Assembly: GCA_951406725.2 (NCBI GenBank)
Contig: OX597840.1
Span: forward strand, 30,070,001-30,134,000
Reading direction: 5' to 3'
DNA length: 64,000 nucleotides
From: Octopus vulgaris
Taxonomy: Eukaryota
Position numbers and translations under genes: made by a program. Under the pieces are notes generated by a model that did no database searches, was not told where the DNA came from, and worked only from the letters and a program-made list of their open reading frames with translations. Each line of letters starts with the position of its first letter. Position 1 is the stretch's first letter. This document shows positions 13,195 through 28,217 of this stretch, piece by piece.

Positions 13195-13770
13195 CCAGTA
13201 GTCCTATTTTTATCATGTGCTTTCACTGCACTACTATGTGCTGTGGTTTGGTTTGATGCTGTTATTTTCACTGTATAGAAAATATTTTATGTAAGATGTG
13301 TGCGGTGCCTAGTAGTGCTATTTTCTGTATGCTATATATACTTGTTAGTCCTTGTGTTTTTGTTATCTATTTGTCTGAATGTTTTCCTATCATACCTAAA
13401 GCCCCTATTATGAAAGGAATCGTTGCCCTTCTTAAACTCCCCATTTTAGTTATCTCTATTTCCAAATCTTTGTAGTTTGAAAGTTTCTCCCATTCTTTTA
13501 GAGAAACATTAACTTCTGTTGGTATTGATATATCGATTGGAAAGCATTTCTTTCCTTGGTAATCTCTGACAACTATATCTGGCCTGTTGACCTTAATTTC
13601 TCTATCTGTGTATATTGGCATATCCCTGAGTATGGTTGCTTTCTCATTTTCTGTGACTTTCTCTGAGTTATGCCTATAATACCATCTCTTTTTCTGTTGT
13701 TATTCCATAGTGTTGGCATAGCTTCCAGTGTATATAGGCCCCAACCCTATCGTGTCTGCGAATATATTTC
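13195..13770 (-). pseudogene. R4/Dong-type retrotransposon restriction-like endonuclease domain and 3' UTR, disrupted
   Basis: YIRRHDRVGAYIHWKLC...TDREIKVNRPDIVVRD...IDISIP...EKLSNYKDL...IIGALG...IQKIALLGTAHIL: RHD and PD..D motifs of RLE elements; (TAA)n on both sides. Confidence 0.85.
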
Positions 13771-13781
13771 TTCTCCTTCTT

Positions 13782-13852
<71 letters not shown>

Positions 13853-13883
13853 CATTATTATTGTTATTATTACCACCACCACC

Positions 13884-14065
13884 ACCTCTGCCTTAGCGAA
13901 GGCAGAGGTATTGTTTCCAGTCATGTTTGTTTTTCCATGGACAAGATATCTCAAGAACTGCAGGATGGATTCCGATAAAACTTTCAGAGATGTTTGGCCT
14001 TGTGACTGGCAAAACTGATTAGATTTTGGGATTGATCCGATACCGGTCAAGGATTCTGGATAATT
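13884..14065 (+). mobile_element. Helentron-associated (HINE/DINE-1-like) element 5' part
   Basis: Terminal inverted motif acctctgcctt-agcg-aaggcagaggt followed by caagatatctcaagaac...gatggatt...gattagattttggg; further piece at 15235-15358. Confidence 0.55.
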
Positions 14066-14328
14066 TGTTATATTTACTTTACTTTACATGATTACAAATC
14101 GTATGTTGACTTTCAAGTCTTTCTCAATTATCTCCCTTTAGGTTGTTTCCAAAGTTTTATCTTCGTTTCTCTCTTATTAATTTTACTCGCATCTCTATCT
14201 CACTAGAAACTGATGGATAAAGAAATCAAACTACATAAACAAATGACAGCAAAACCTTTCAGAAATTAAATAACACTAACATAGCCACTACACACATTTT
14301 TTTTCTCTCCTTGTTTCTTTCTGTGTTC

Positions 14329-14364
14329 CTTTCTGTAGAAGAGCATAGGCTCGAAATGTTAAAG
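14329..14364 (+). ncRNA. Hammerhead-like motif with variant core (family F copy)
   Basis: cttt CTGTAGA a gagc-atag-gctc GAAA tg TT aaag. Confidence 0.45.
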
Positions 14365-14529
14365 ACTTTGTCAATTCCCAAGCGTTATACTAATACATCT
14401 GTTTGTTGTCTACACCACCTGTCATTGTCTTTTGTGTTTTTTTTGTGAATTCTCCCCCTATTATAATATATTATACACACATATAAACACGTTACAGTAT
14501 ACTTACATATATACATCGATCTATATATG

Positions 14530-14758
14530 CTTCTTTACTACCCACAAGGGGCTAAACACAGAGAGGACAAACAAGGACAGACAAATGGATTAAGTTGATT
14601 ATATAGACACCAGTGCATAACTGGTACTTATTTAATCGACCCCGAAAGGATGAAAGGCAAAGTCGACCTTGGCGGAATTTGAACTCAGAACGTAACAGCA
14701 GACGAAATACTGCTAAGCATTTCACCCAGCGTTTTAACGTCTCTGCCACCTCGCCCCC
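14530..14758 (-). mobile_element. SINE family B with about 24-bp TSD
   Basis: B-box-like gagttcaaattcc; body gcctttcatcctttcggggtcga (recalls the Meta-SINE domain); flanks ttacatatatacat(c/a)gatctatat. Confidence 0.88.
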
Positions 14759-15484
14759 TTACATATATACATAGATCTATATATTGATTTAAAACAACAG
14801 GAATACAAAAGGAAGGCTGGAATTTAAGAGAAGAGTAAACCAAAAGGTCTCCCGCTATTCATTTAAAAATTCCTGTATAGAATTTTAACTATCTATAGCA
14901 GCAGCCTTCAGCAGAGGCTGACGTGTTTTCACTGCTCAGACCTGTCATCGGCCAAAGACACAGAAGACACAGAAACACAAATACAACCCAGCAGGACTAC
15001 AGATAAACAACTGTAATTAATGAAAGATCTACTATTTTCTGTGAGTAATTTGAATTTCCCTCAAAATAAGTCAAAGACTTCCAAACCTACAGTTTGGAAC
15101 TTGATATTATTACCTTCGCCTTCGAAACTATTTTGAATGGGGAATTTATTAACTTTGATTTGTATTAGATAAGAATAAACTATTTATTACCGTTACTAAA
15201 TTTTCTACAGCCATCTTCACATTCCATGACTACCATTGGGATCAATCAAATACTGGACAAGGATTCTGGATTATTTTTTACCATTTTTTTTTACTTAATT
15301 TTTTAGAGCAGTTGGGTTCATTTTTAGGATTCTCGTTAGTGAGAGCAGTCGAGTTTGAAACCAAAATTTTAACCCCTTGCTGTTGTTGTTGTAGTTGTTA
15401 TTTCAGTGTGTAAATATTTTGTGTTTTCTCATTGCATTAATTTCAAAAACAATTGTGGCTGGTGAAATCTGTATTTATTGAACA

Positions 15485-15901
15485 CTCTTTTACTCTCTTT
15501 TACTCTTTTACTTGTTTCAGTCATTTGACTGTGGCCATGCTGGAGCACCGCCTTTAGTTGAGCAAATCAGCCCCAGTTTGTAAGCCTAGTACTTTTTCTA
15601 TCGGTCTCTTTTGCCGAACCGCTAAGATACAGGCACTTAAACACACCAGCATCGGTTGTCAAGCGATGTTGGGGGGACAAACACAGGCACACAAACACAC
15701 ACACACATATATATACATATATATATATACATATATACAATGGGCCTCTTTTCAGTTTCCATCTACCAAATCCACTCACAAGGCTTTGGTCAGCTCGAGG
15801 CTATAGTAGAAGACACTTGCCCAAGGTACCACACCGTGGGACTGAACCCGGAACCATGTGGTTGGTAAGCAAGCTACTTACCACACAGCCACTCCTGCAC
15901 C
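15485..15901 (-). mobile_element. SINE family A, full length
   Basis: Reverse complement of family A. Confidence 0.9.
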
Positions 15902-16242
15902 TCAGTGTGTAAATATTTTGTGTTTTCTCATTACATTAATTTCAAGAACTATTTTTATGGCCAGGGAAATCTGTATTTATTGAATACTTTACATTTTTTT
16001 CAAACTTCTGATCATACAGGTATTTGGGCATAATTTTACTCACCTGTTACTTGTTGCTCATTACAAAGGTCAAGATTCTATAACGTCAGTCTATTATTTT
16101 CCTCCATCTCACTCCATTAAAAATTTTGATTTTGGTAGTTAATTCAAACAATTTTAGTTTAATTTTCTGTATGGGCAGAGAACAGAAATCACAAAAGAGT
16201 TTTGGGTAATAGAGAATAGTTACTAAACAAACTGTGGTGGTC

Positions 16243-16664
16243 TTTTTACTCTTTTACTCTTTTACTTGTTTCAGTCATTTGACTGTGGCCATGCTGGAGC
16301 ACCGCCTTTGGTTGAACAAATTGACCCCAGGACTTATTCTCTGTAAGCCTAGTGCTTATTCTATTGGTCTCTTTTGCCGAACTGCTAAGTTACAGGGACA
16401 TAAACACACCAGCATCAGTTGTCAAGCGATGTTGGGTGGGGGGGGGGACAAACACAGTCACACAAACATATACACACACATATATATATATACATATATA
16501 CGACAGGCTTCTTTCAGTTTCCGTCTACCAAATCCACTAACAAGGCTTTGGTCAGCCCGAGGCTATAGTAGAACACACTTGCCCATAGTGCCATGCAGCG
16601 GGACTGAATCCGGAACCATGTGGCTGGTAAGCAAGCTACTTACCACACAGCCACTCTTACACCT
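16243..16664 (-). mobile_element. SINE family A, full length
   Basis: Reverse complement of family A. Confidence 0.9.
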
Positions 16665-16848
16665 ATGGTCTTGTATGAAATAAATGATAGACACAGGTGT
16701 GGCTGTGTGGTTCAGATGTTTGCTTCCCAATCACATGGTTTCAGGTTCATTCCCACTGCATAGCACTTTGAGAAAATGTCTTCTAATATGGTCATATACT
16801 AATCAAAGCGTTTTTAGTGGATTCGGTTGATAGAAACTTGTTTGTATA

Positions 16849-17373
16849 GATGTTGTCTGGCGGACAAGGCTGAAAGGCATGAAGACAAATACATACCTCT
16901 TTGGTAGAGCTCTCATTGACTACCTCGAGTTTCACTTGAAAAGGAAATTGTGAGTGGAGAGGGAAGTGCTGTCCTTGAGTGAGTTTCTTGAAAGGTGAGT
17001 GAAAGTTGCGAAAATGTCAAGAGTAGATGGTACCTCTCAAAGTGTAGACCTGTGAGTCGGGGAGAAGGAATTGGAGAGGGCACTTGCACACAGGGTTTCA
17101 GGTAAATCTTGGACAGTGGGGTTCCTTGATTATCCCTAGAGGCCTTCCTGTATCAGGAGGGTCACATCTCTATCATCCTCCCACTTTTTTTTATTTTCAT
17201 TTTTTATATTTATTTATTTATTTATGTGTTTGTCTCTTCTTTTCCACTGTACACCATATATACTAAATCTTTTAATATTTTAAAAATTCTATCATTTCAT
17301 TATTTGTAAACTCTAACACTTTATGTTTGTGTTTGGGCTGTCCTCCTCATCCTTCACCCTTGTGGCAAATAAA
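16849..17373 (+). pseudogene. L1/Tx1-like LINE ORF2 C-terminus and 3' UTR, disrupted
   Basis: DVVWRTRLKGMKTNTYLFGRALIDYLEFHLKRKL*VEREVLSLSEFLER*VKV resembles the (I/V)WxxR...F...W end of L1/Tx1 ORF2; ends near aataaa. Confidence 0.55.
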
Positions 17374-17417
17374 TTAATTCATTTTTATTTTTATTGTTGT
17401 TGTTGTTGTTGTTGTTA

Positions 17418-17630
17418 AGTCAGTGGGCTGGCAGAATTGCTAGTGTGCTGGACAAAATGCTTAGTAGTATTCTGCCCATCACTATGTTCTGAGTTCAAAT
17501 TCCATTAAAGTCAACTTTACCTTTCATCCTTTCGGGGTCAATAAAATAATTACCAGTGAAATACTGAGGTCAATGTTCCCTCCCCCCAAACTGCTGAGCT
17601 TGTGGCAAAATTTGAATCCATTATTATTAT
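17418..17630 (+). mobile_element. SINE family B (variant tail)
   Basis: gctggcagaat...gagttcaaattcc...ctttcatcctttcggggtc. Confidence 0.8.
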
Positions 17631-17631
17631 T

Positions 17632-18065
17632 AACTGGCTTCCATGCTGGTGGCACATAAAAGGCACCATTCGAGTGTGATCGTTAACAGTGTCGCCTTAC
17701 TGGCACTTGTGCCCCGTGCTAGTAAGGTGCTAAGTGCACCATCTGAGTGTGATCGTTGCCAGAGTGGCTAACTGGCTTCCATGCCGGTGGCACATAAAAG
17801 GCACCATTCGAGCATGATCGTTACCAGCGTTGCCTTACTGGCACGTGAAAAAACATTCAAGCAAGGTCATTGCCAGTACTGCTTGACTGGCCCCCATGCC
17901 AGTGGCACATAAAAGCACCCACTCTCGGAGTGGTTGGTGCTAGGAAGGACATCCAGTTGTAGAAACTCTGCAAGATCAAGATTGTAACCTGGTGCAGCCA
18001 TCTGGTTCACCAGACCTCAGTCAAATCGTCCAACCCATGCTAGCATGGAAAGCAGAAGTTAAATG

Positions 18066-18066
<1 letters not shown>
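17632..18066 (+). mobile_element. RTE LINE 3' UTR, second subfamily
   Basis: Reverse complement of 12262-12705. Confidence 0.85.
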
Positions 18067-18109
<43 letters not shown>

Positions 18110-18315
18110 GGAAGTGAGCTGGCAGAATCATTAGCACACTGGACAAAATGCTCAGCAGTATTTCACATGTCACTACGATCTGAGTTCAAATTCCACCAAG
18201 GTCAACTTTACCTTTCATCCTTTCAGAGTCAATAAAATAAGTATCAGTTGAACACTGGGGTCGATGTAATCGACTCACCCACCAAAAAAAAATTGCTACC
18301 CTTGTGGAAAAATGT
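18110..18315 (+). mobile_element. SINE family B
   Basis: Family B head and body, next to (TAA)n. Confidence 0.8.
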
Positions 18316-18322
18316 CATGTCA

Positions 18323-18378
<56 letters not shown>

Positions 18379-18460
18379 GAGTGAGAGAGCAGTGCATGCC
18401 ATGAAAGTGACACTGGGATAAAATATACGAAACCCAGTATACCCATCAAGTCTACCCATC

Positions 18461-18629
18461 TGATAAGGGTACACCAGGCATGATAAGGGTACACTAGGCA
18501 TGATAAGATTACAATAGGCATGATAAGGGTACACAAGACATTATAAGAGTACACTAGGCATGATAAGGGTACACTAAGCATAAGGGTACACTAGGCATGA
18601 TAAGAGTACACTAGGCATGATAAGGGTAC
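18461..18629. repeat. 20-bp minisatellite (tgataagggtacactaggca), about 8.5 copies
   Basis: Direct reading. Confidence 0.9.
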
Positions 18630-18669
<40 letters not shown>

Positions 18670-18679
18670 ATTATTATGA

Positions 18680-18892
18680 AGGTGGTGAGCTGACATCAGC
18701 ATGCTGGGTCAAATGCTTAACAGTCATATCATTCATCTTCAAGTTCTGAGTTCAAATGCTACCGAGGTGGACTTTGCCTTTCGTCCTTTCGATGTTGATA
18801 AAATGAGTACCAGTCAGGTCAAGCACTGGGGTTGATGTCATCAACTTACCCCCTCTGCCAAAATTGCTGGCCTTGCACCAAAATTTGAAATC
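18680..18892 (+). mobile_element. SINE family B
   Basis: Family B head and body. Confidence 0.8.
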
Positions 18893-19135
18893 GTCATCAT
18901 ATATTTATTTAGAGAGTGTAGATGGGTGAGGCACTTAGTATAATGAATCTTGGTGAAGACACGGAGCAACCGTGTGATGACTGTCAAACGAACGTAACGA
19001 GCTCAGTGAAGCGTGGAAGGAAATTAATTTGTTTCGATTGACCGTGTTAGAGCAATGATTGGCTTCTGTTGAACAATGTCGGAGTAATCAGATGGCAACA
19101 GATACACCAGCATCTGTTGAAGGTATATCGAAATC

Positions 19136-19590
19136 AGCATCATCGTCTTTGTCATCTTCGTTGTTGATGTTGCCATTGTCACCATCATCACCATCATCAT
19201 CATCATCATCTTTGACATTGTCATCATTATTGTTATTACAACCAACCATCATCAGCATCAGCAACATCATCATCATCAGCAGCAGCAACACATCAGCAGC
19301 ATCAGCAGCAGCAACAGTAGCATTACCTGCTTCATCATCAGCATCAGCAACATCATCATCATCATTAGCATCATCATCATCATCATCATCAGTAACATCA
19401 TCATCAGCAACATCAGCAGCAGCAGCAGCAACATCATCATCATCAGCATCAGCAACAATAGCAGCATCAACATCTTCAGCATCAACATCAGCATCATCAT
19501 TAGCAGCAGCTTCATTGTCGTCGTCCTCATCGTTACCAACATCTTTGACAACATTATTATTGCCACTCTCATCATCACCATCATCATCCC
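19136..19590. repeat. Degenerate (CAT/CAG/CAA)n tract
   Basis: Direct reading. Confidence 0.9.
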
Positions 19591-19649
19591 ATTCATTATT
19601 CAAAGACCTCTTTTCCGTGATTGCATGGGTCAGATAAAATTCAACAAGG

Positions 19650-20025
19650 CAAAAGGAACAGGTTGAGGGCTCAGTTTGATCAAGTGCTTGTGGAGCATTC
19701 TCTACGTGTTTTCTTGAGTGGACAGCAAGACCTGCTTTGCTTCATGCCACAAAACCATAATGACAGGTGAGTGTTCCATTCAGAGGAGCAGCGTTTTGCC
19801 AGTGTGCCTTCATGCTTGCAGGAATTTGGTCCCAATATTGGAGTTGACCTTGCTCAAATCTTTGAACTGAGGAGAAGCAGGAATGGCACCAGGTCCTGCA
19901 CTCTGATGCTTTGTTTTCCCAGGAAGGAAAAAAGAATGTTGCATCACTTCAGATTGACTTTTAGTTTGTCTTTGAAGACCCTTGGCCTACCAATTGACCT
20001 TCCGGTTGGGAATTGGCCAAGAGAA

Positions 20026-20026
<1 letters not shown>
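19650..20026 (-). pseudogene. RTE-clade LINE ORF C-terminus, disrupted
   Basis: Minus strand GRSIGRPR..FKDKLKVNLK*C...WENKASECRTW...FE...LTCHYGF..SKAGLAVHSRKH, typical RTE thumb and C-terminal finger; stops and frameshifts. Confidence 0.75.
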
Positions 20027-20082
<56 letters not shown>

Positions 20083-20483
20083 CATAGGCATAGCTATCTG
20101 GTAAGAAACTTGCTTCCCAACTACATGATTCAAGGTTCAGTCCCACTGTTTGGCACCTTGGGTTGACCAAAGCCTTGTGAGGGGATTTAGTAGACGGAAA
20201 CTGAAAGAAGCCCTTCAAATATATATATATACAATTAGATACTGAGGGTAGAAATCAATATTGTTAAATAATACCAATTTGAACACTTTACATCTCTGCA
20301 CCAAATGAAAAAGCAAAAACTTAACTTTCTTGGTACATTATAAATTGCTTCAGTTAATGCAAAAAGCTGTGCAAATCAAGAGTCCTATTCATCAGAGAAG
20401 ACATGGTCTGACATAGAGCAAAAAAATTGAAAGAAAAGCATTCTATTGTGAAAATTGCCTGCCAACAACACGATACTCAGCTA

Positions 20484-20548
<65 letters not shown>

Positions 20549-20882
20549 TAATAAAATATTAGGAAATAAATCCAAACTTACAGGGAAAAACCAGATTTAG
20601 GATTAAATCCAATTTTATAGTATAAATATATTATATTATATTATAATAAATTAGAGATAAAACCACTATTAGGCAAATCAAACAGTGAAAAACATAAGCC
20701 AATACATAAAATTAATTTAATTTATATTATTTTAAATATATATCAAAAGTATTAAAATTTTAATAAAAGATAAAGAGTAAAAATATATTTCACTTAAACT
20801 ACGATGTAAAAGCATTTATACTGTGAAAGCTTATCTTTACATTTATATTTTTCATACAAGTAAACACTTGTATGTTAAAAAG

Positions 20883-22250
<1,368 letters not shown>

Positions 22251-23273
22251 ATCACAGTAGGAAGTCAATAACTATAGACAGCCAACCTGATTTTGGTAGA
22301 AAAGGTCATCCTTTCATATGAAATCAATTAAACACTGGTTTTAAGTAGCTATGGCTCTGCATCTGCGCATAGAGCAAGCCTAATTGGTGGAAAATTATTA
22401 AAAGGGCATGTTATCATGTTATTTGAAATGAATTAATCAGTAAATCATTTTTTTTTTTTCCATATTTCACAAATATATTACTTTCCAATTAAGTGAGTTA
22501 ATAGCTTTCATTATTTAATTTGTTCAATTAAAAGCTGAGTTTTTTTATCAGCGTTACATAAACTACCATTTTCTTTTCCGTTTGTAATTTTTTTTCACAT
22601 CTTTTTTCCAGTTTATTTTTTTATATATAAACTGAACCATTTCACACTAATCTCTTTATCCTTTAATATTTTTAACACACACATAAAACAAATAGATAAA
22701 TAAATAACAGATAAATGAATAGCTTTTTTGTTCTGGGTTCTAAGCTGATAATTCTGTTGAAACAAAGAAATGTTTGTTCTGTTAACAATCGAAATTAGAA
22801 ATAAACAGTAGCCAAAAGGATGTTAAACGCTAAAGAGATTACATGAAATAAGCCAATTATAATCTGGCCTTTTTTATTTTTGAACAGCAATTACTTGTGG
22901 TGTTTAGGTGAGCTCAGCTGGGGACTTGTGTAATATAACATCTGTGATTAATTTGGAAGTAAGAATAAGAATAATGATAACAACAACAACAACAAAGATC
23001 ACTCAGCCTGAAGAAACATCTGGACACTTTGTGAATCCACTACAATCTTTGTGTATTGCAAAAGTCAGCTTTACTTGGAGGTGCACACAGACTGCATAAA
23101 GTAGTCTGTCTGTCTGTCTGAGGTCCTTGTTGTGACGGGATGGAATCACAATATTGGAAATGCTGCTAAGCATTTTGTTCCATGCATGGACAATTCTGCG
23201 GTTCAGTACCTCAGTAATAACAATAATGATAGCAGTAGTAGTAGTAATAGTAGTATCACACAGCCATGCCTGC

Positions 23274-23325
<52 letters not shown>

Positions 23326-23330
<5 letters not shown>

Positions 23331-23548
23331 ATAAGAACGGTGAGACAACAAAAGAAAGAAAGAGACCTCGATATTATGTGAATAGAGGAATTTATCTGTA
23401 AATGTAATATGTGACAATTATTTGGTAGCCATGATAAAAGTCTGAGTTTCGGATGAAGAGATGGTGGCGTGAATTTCCACCTCAGCATCCGAAACTCAGA
23501 GTTTTATCATGGCTACCGAATAATAGTCACATATTACATTTACAGATA
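23326..23548. mobile_element. (TA)n-flanked foldback (arms 23393-23455 and 23486-23548) with partial hammerhead
   Basis: 63-bp inverted arms; loop and right arm read TGAAGA gatg...catcc GAAA ctcagag TT. Confidence 0.65.
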
Positions 23549-23883
23549 TATATATATATTATATATATTACTTATTACTTATTATATATGTTTTAATATA
23601 TATAAGTAATATATATATCATATATAATATATATATTACTTATTACTTATTATATATTGATCATTCATTTTTATACTTTTTGAGATCTAGTTATATGCTT
23701 TATAAAATTATATAATATTTGTTATTTATGTTTTGGTTTATGTCTATCACTGTTTGGGTTGCATAATAGTGGTTTTTATCTCTAATTTATATTTTATATA
23801 TATTGCAAAATTTGATTTAATTCTAAATTGAATTTTCCCCTGTAAGTTTGGAGTTATACTCCCCAATATTTATATATATATAT

Positions 23884-24062
23884 CGTTGGCGATTTTCTTC
23901 CTCTGTCATCCCTTCTATGGGACTTTCCTCTGTTTCTGAAGAGGAGTGTCCGCTCAAAACATAAAAACAATCTTTCTTTCATTTCTTGAGCATCTGCCAA
24001 TACATTACCTGTACCACGTCCTCGCGTTGCTTTTTTGTGTTTGTTCTATTTCGGGATTTACT
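23884..24062 (+). mobile_element. Family E insert with degenerate hammerhead (23932-23968)
   Basis: gttt CTGAAGA g gagt-gtcc-gctc aaaa; homologous to 52218-52433. Confidence 0.6.
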
Positions 24063-24387
24063 ATATATGTATATATATTTATGAGAGCTATTGATATCCA
24101 GAAGACCAAAGATGGTAGGTAAGGCTATGTAAGTGCTATGGGAGGGCCATAGTTAGATTCACGGTTTGATAATAATGAATGCGGAGTCTATAGTGGGTCA
24201 TGTGTGAGCATATATAGGTTAAATATAATGAAACCACAAAACCAAGGCTGTGTGGAATTTATAGGACATTTATAAAGATGAAGGGCCATGCTGGAAAAAT
24301 CCCACACCTCCTCTACTTTCCTTCTTAAACATTTATTGTCCACATCCTTTTGATAATTTTGCCTTTCTTTTTCTTTTCAATTTGCCT

Positions 24388-24845
<458 letters not shown>

Positions 24846-24902
24846 TGTAACCATTGAAGGAAAAAAATTCCTTCAATGGGGTGTAAAACATATATACATG
24901 TT

Positions 24903-24935
<33 letters not shown>

Positions 24936-25394
24936 TAAATAGATATGAAATGATACTAAAAATACTAAGTACCAATTTGAGACTGTAAATCATTTAGTTG
25001 GAAACTAGTTTCCAAAACTGGTACACTGCAATGCATTGGGGTAATGATTATATTCATCCCTGGGTGGGCTTTATGTGTTCACATCTTCTATAATGTCTGA
25101 TGACAGGGACGGCTACACAGCAATAAATTAAAATATATGTGTATGTATATGTCTATCTATGTATATATATATATATATATACATATACACACACATAAAG
25201 ATATTATTATTAATAAATAATAATATAAGTGCCTAGCAAGCATGAAAACCAAAAAGGTAAATTTATGAATTTATAATCAAGAGTACAAGTACCTGTGTTG
25301 CAAGAAATAAGAGTAAAAAAATACTCAAATGAGCCACAATATCACTGTAAATTTACAGTGATATTGTGGCTTATTTGTACACTTGATTATAAGT

Positions 25395-25512
25395 TATATA
25401 TATGTATGTATTTGTATATATATGTATGTATATGTATATGTATATATATATATGTATATATATATGTATGTATGTATATGTATATATATGTATATAAGTA
25501 TCTATATATATG

Positions 25513-25545
<33 letters not shown>

Positions 25546-25960
25546 ATATATATACACATATGTGTGTGTGTATGTATATATATATATATACATATATATG
25601 TGTGTGTGTATGTATAAATGTATATCTATAAATATGTATATATGTATATATATATATATGTACGTATATATGTATATACATATGTATGTATATATTTATG
25701 TATATATGTATGTATATATGTATATATATATATATATGTATGTATATATATATATATATATATACATGTGTGTGTATGTATATATGTATATATATATATA
25801 TATATACATATATGTGTGTGTGTATGTATAAATGTATATATTTGTATGTATATATGTATATATATATATGTATGTATATATGTATATATACATATGTATG
25901 TATATATGTATATATATATATATGTATAAATATATATACACACACACACATATGCATACA
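25395..25960. repeat. (TA)/(TATG)/(TG) compound microsatellite
   Basis: Direct reading. Confidence 0.95.
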
Positions 25961-26403
25961 TTATATCAGCATATATCTGTTGAAGATCTATGTGGTGTTT
26001 AATAATGTAACGCAACGCATCTATGCATCTACTCATGCATGCTCCTCTTCATACAAATTCCATAATGCGCAAACTACACCGCGAAATACATTTCTGACAG
26101 AACACAGCCACATGACTACATTAATGTGTTCTCATATCAGTTAATAAACAACACACACATTTAACACACACACACAAACACATGTAATATTTATACATAT
26201 ATATATACATGAGCACAAATAATACAGACATGATAATCTCCAGAATATCGCACTTATCTATACCATTTCCCCATGCCTATTAACAACCAGTGAAGCATTT
26301 AAAGATACGTATTTATTTTATCGCATTTGTTCAGCCTATTTGCTTCTTGCAGAAAAATCAAACTCTATACATATACTACGAACATCATAGTATATATATA
26401 TAT

Positions 26404-26913
26404 ATTATTATTATTATTATGATTATTGTATTTATTATTATTATTATGATTATCATCATCATCATTATTATTATTATTATTATGATTATCATCATCATCA
26501 TCATCGTCATCATTAGTATCATTATTATTATCATTATTATTATTATTATCATTATTATTATTATTATTATTATGATTATCAACTTCATCATCATTATTAT
26601 TATTATTATTATTATTATCATCATCATCGTCGTCGTCATCATTATTAGTATTATCATTATTATTACTATTATTATTATTATTGTATTTATTATTTTTATT
26701 ATGATTATCATCATCATCATCATCGTCATCATCATCATTATTTGTTAGTATTATTATTATTATTATTATCATTATTATATTTATTATTATTATGATTATC
26801 ATCATCATCATCATCGTCATTATTATTATTATTATTATTGTTATGGCTGCGGCCTTTGGGCTAAAACATTTTTAAGGATTTAAGGATTATTATTATTATT
26901 ATTATTATTATTA

Positions 26914-26957
<44 letters not shown>

Positions 26958-26961
26958 ATTG

Positions 26962-26999
<38 letters not shown>

Positions 27000-27006
27000 G
27001 TTATTA
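26404..27006. repeat. (TAT/CAT)n tract
   Basis: Direct reading. Confidence 0.95.
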
Positions 27007-27410
27007 AGGCAGCGAGTTGGTGGAATCATTAGTGTGACAGACAAAATGTTTGGTGGCGCTTTGTCTGTTTTTAGGTTCTGAGTTCAAATTCTGGTAATGT
27101 CGACTTCGCCTTTAATCCTTTTGGCGTCAAAAAAATAAGTACCGCTGGCATCAACGTAATTGCTGACTCAGGGCCTAGATTAGAAGGGATTATTATCATA
27201 AGGTGGTGAGCTGGTAGAATCATTAGCACACCAGGTGAAATGCTTAGTGGTATATCGTCAGACTTGATCTTCTGAGTTCAAATTCTGCCAGGGTCAACTT
27301 TACATTTTATCCTTTTGTGGTCAATAAATTATGTACCAGTGGAACACTGGGGTTGATGTAATTATATATCCCTCCTCACCCAAATTTCAGGTGTTATGCT
27401 TTAATAGAAA
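27007..27410 (+). mobile_element. Two adjacent SINE family B copies
   Basis: Heads at about 27007 and 27200, each with ttctgagttcaaattc. Confidence 0.8.
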
Positions 27411-27463
27411 TTCTTCTTCTTCTTCTTCTTCCTTCTTATTATTATTATTATTGTAATTTTTAT

Positions 27464-27505
<42 letters not shown>

Positions 27506-27569
27506 AGTGCATTTTGTCTTTCCTGAGTTGATGAATTAAGCAGCAATTAAAAAATTGAGTACAATATAA

Positions 27570-27750
27570 TTAGCCTTAATTTCTCTATCTATGTGTATTA
27601 GAATATCCCACAGCATGGTTGCTTTCTCATTTTCTTTGACCCTTTCTGGCCTGTGCCTATACCATTATTTTTCTGTTGTTATTCCATAATGTTTGCATAG
27701 CTTCCAGTGTATATAGGTCCCAACTCTGTCATGTCGGTAAATAGATTCCT
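27570..27750 (-). pseudogene. R4/Dong-type endonuclease-region fragment
   Basis: YRHDRVGTYIHWKLCKHYGITTEK*WYRHRPERVKENEKATMLWD; paralogous to 13195-13770. Confidence 0.8.
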
Positions 27751-27751
27751 A

Positions 27752-28132
27752 GTTGCAGGAGTGGCTGTGTGGTAAGTACCTTGCTTATGAACCACATGGT
27801 TGCGGGTTCAGCCCCACTGCATGGGACCTTGGGCAAGTGTCTTCTACTATAGCTTCAGGCTGACCAAAGCCTTGTGAGCCCATCGTATATATCTGTATGT
27901 ATATGTGTGTGTGTGTGTGTGTATATATGTTTGTGTGTCTGTGTTTGTCCTCCCAACATTGCTTGGCAACCGTTGCTGGTGTGTTTACGTCCCCCGTAAC
28001 TTAGCAATTCGGCAAAAGAGACCGATAGAATAAGTACTAGGCTTACAAAGAGTAAGTCCTGGGGTCAATTTGCTCGACTAAATGCAGTGCTCCAGCATGG
28101 CCACAGTCAAATGACTGAAACGAGTAAAAGAG
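27752..28132 (+). mobile_element. SINE family A
   Basis: Family A head and tail with a small internal deletion. Confidence 0.88.
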
Positions 28133-28217
28133 CTATTATTATCATTATTATTATTATTATTATTATCATTATTATCATTATTATTATTATTATTATTGTT
28201 GTTGTTGTTGTTGTTAT

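Noticed and set aside
14898-15056. Possible exon bounded by ag and gtgagt
   Set aside because: Stops in all three frames; cannot be supported without RNA data
18461-18629. CRISPR-like short repeats
   Set aside because: Contiguous 20-bp units with no spacers
18972-19060. C/D box snoRNA (gtgatga C-box)
   Set aside because: No suitably placed CTGA D box or terminal stem
23008-23040. Isolated CTGAAGA (also near 25098, 45757 and 48358)
   Set aside because: No downstream stem II-GAAA-stem III arrangement
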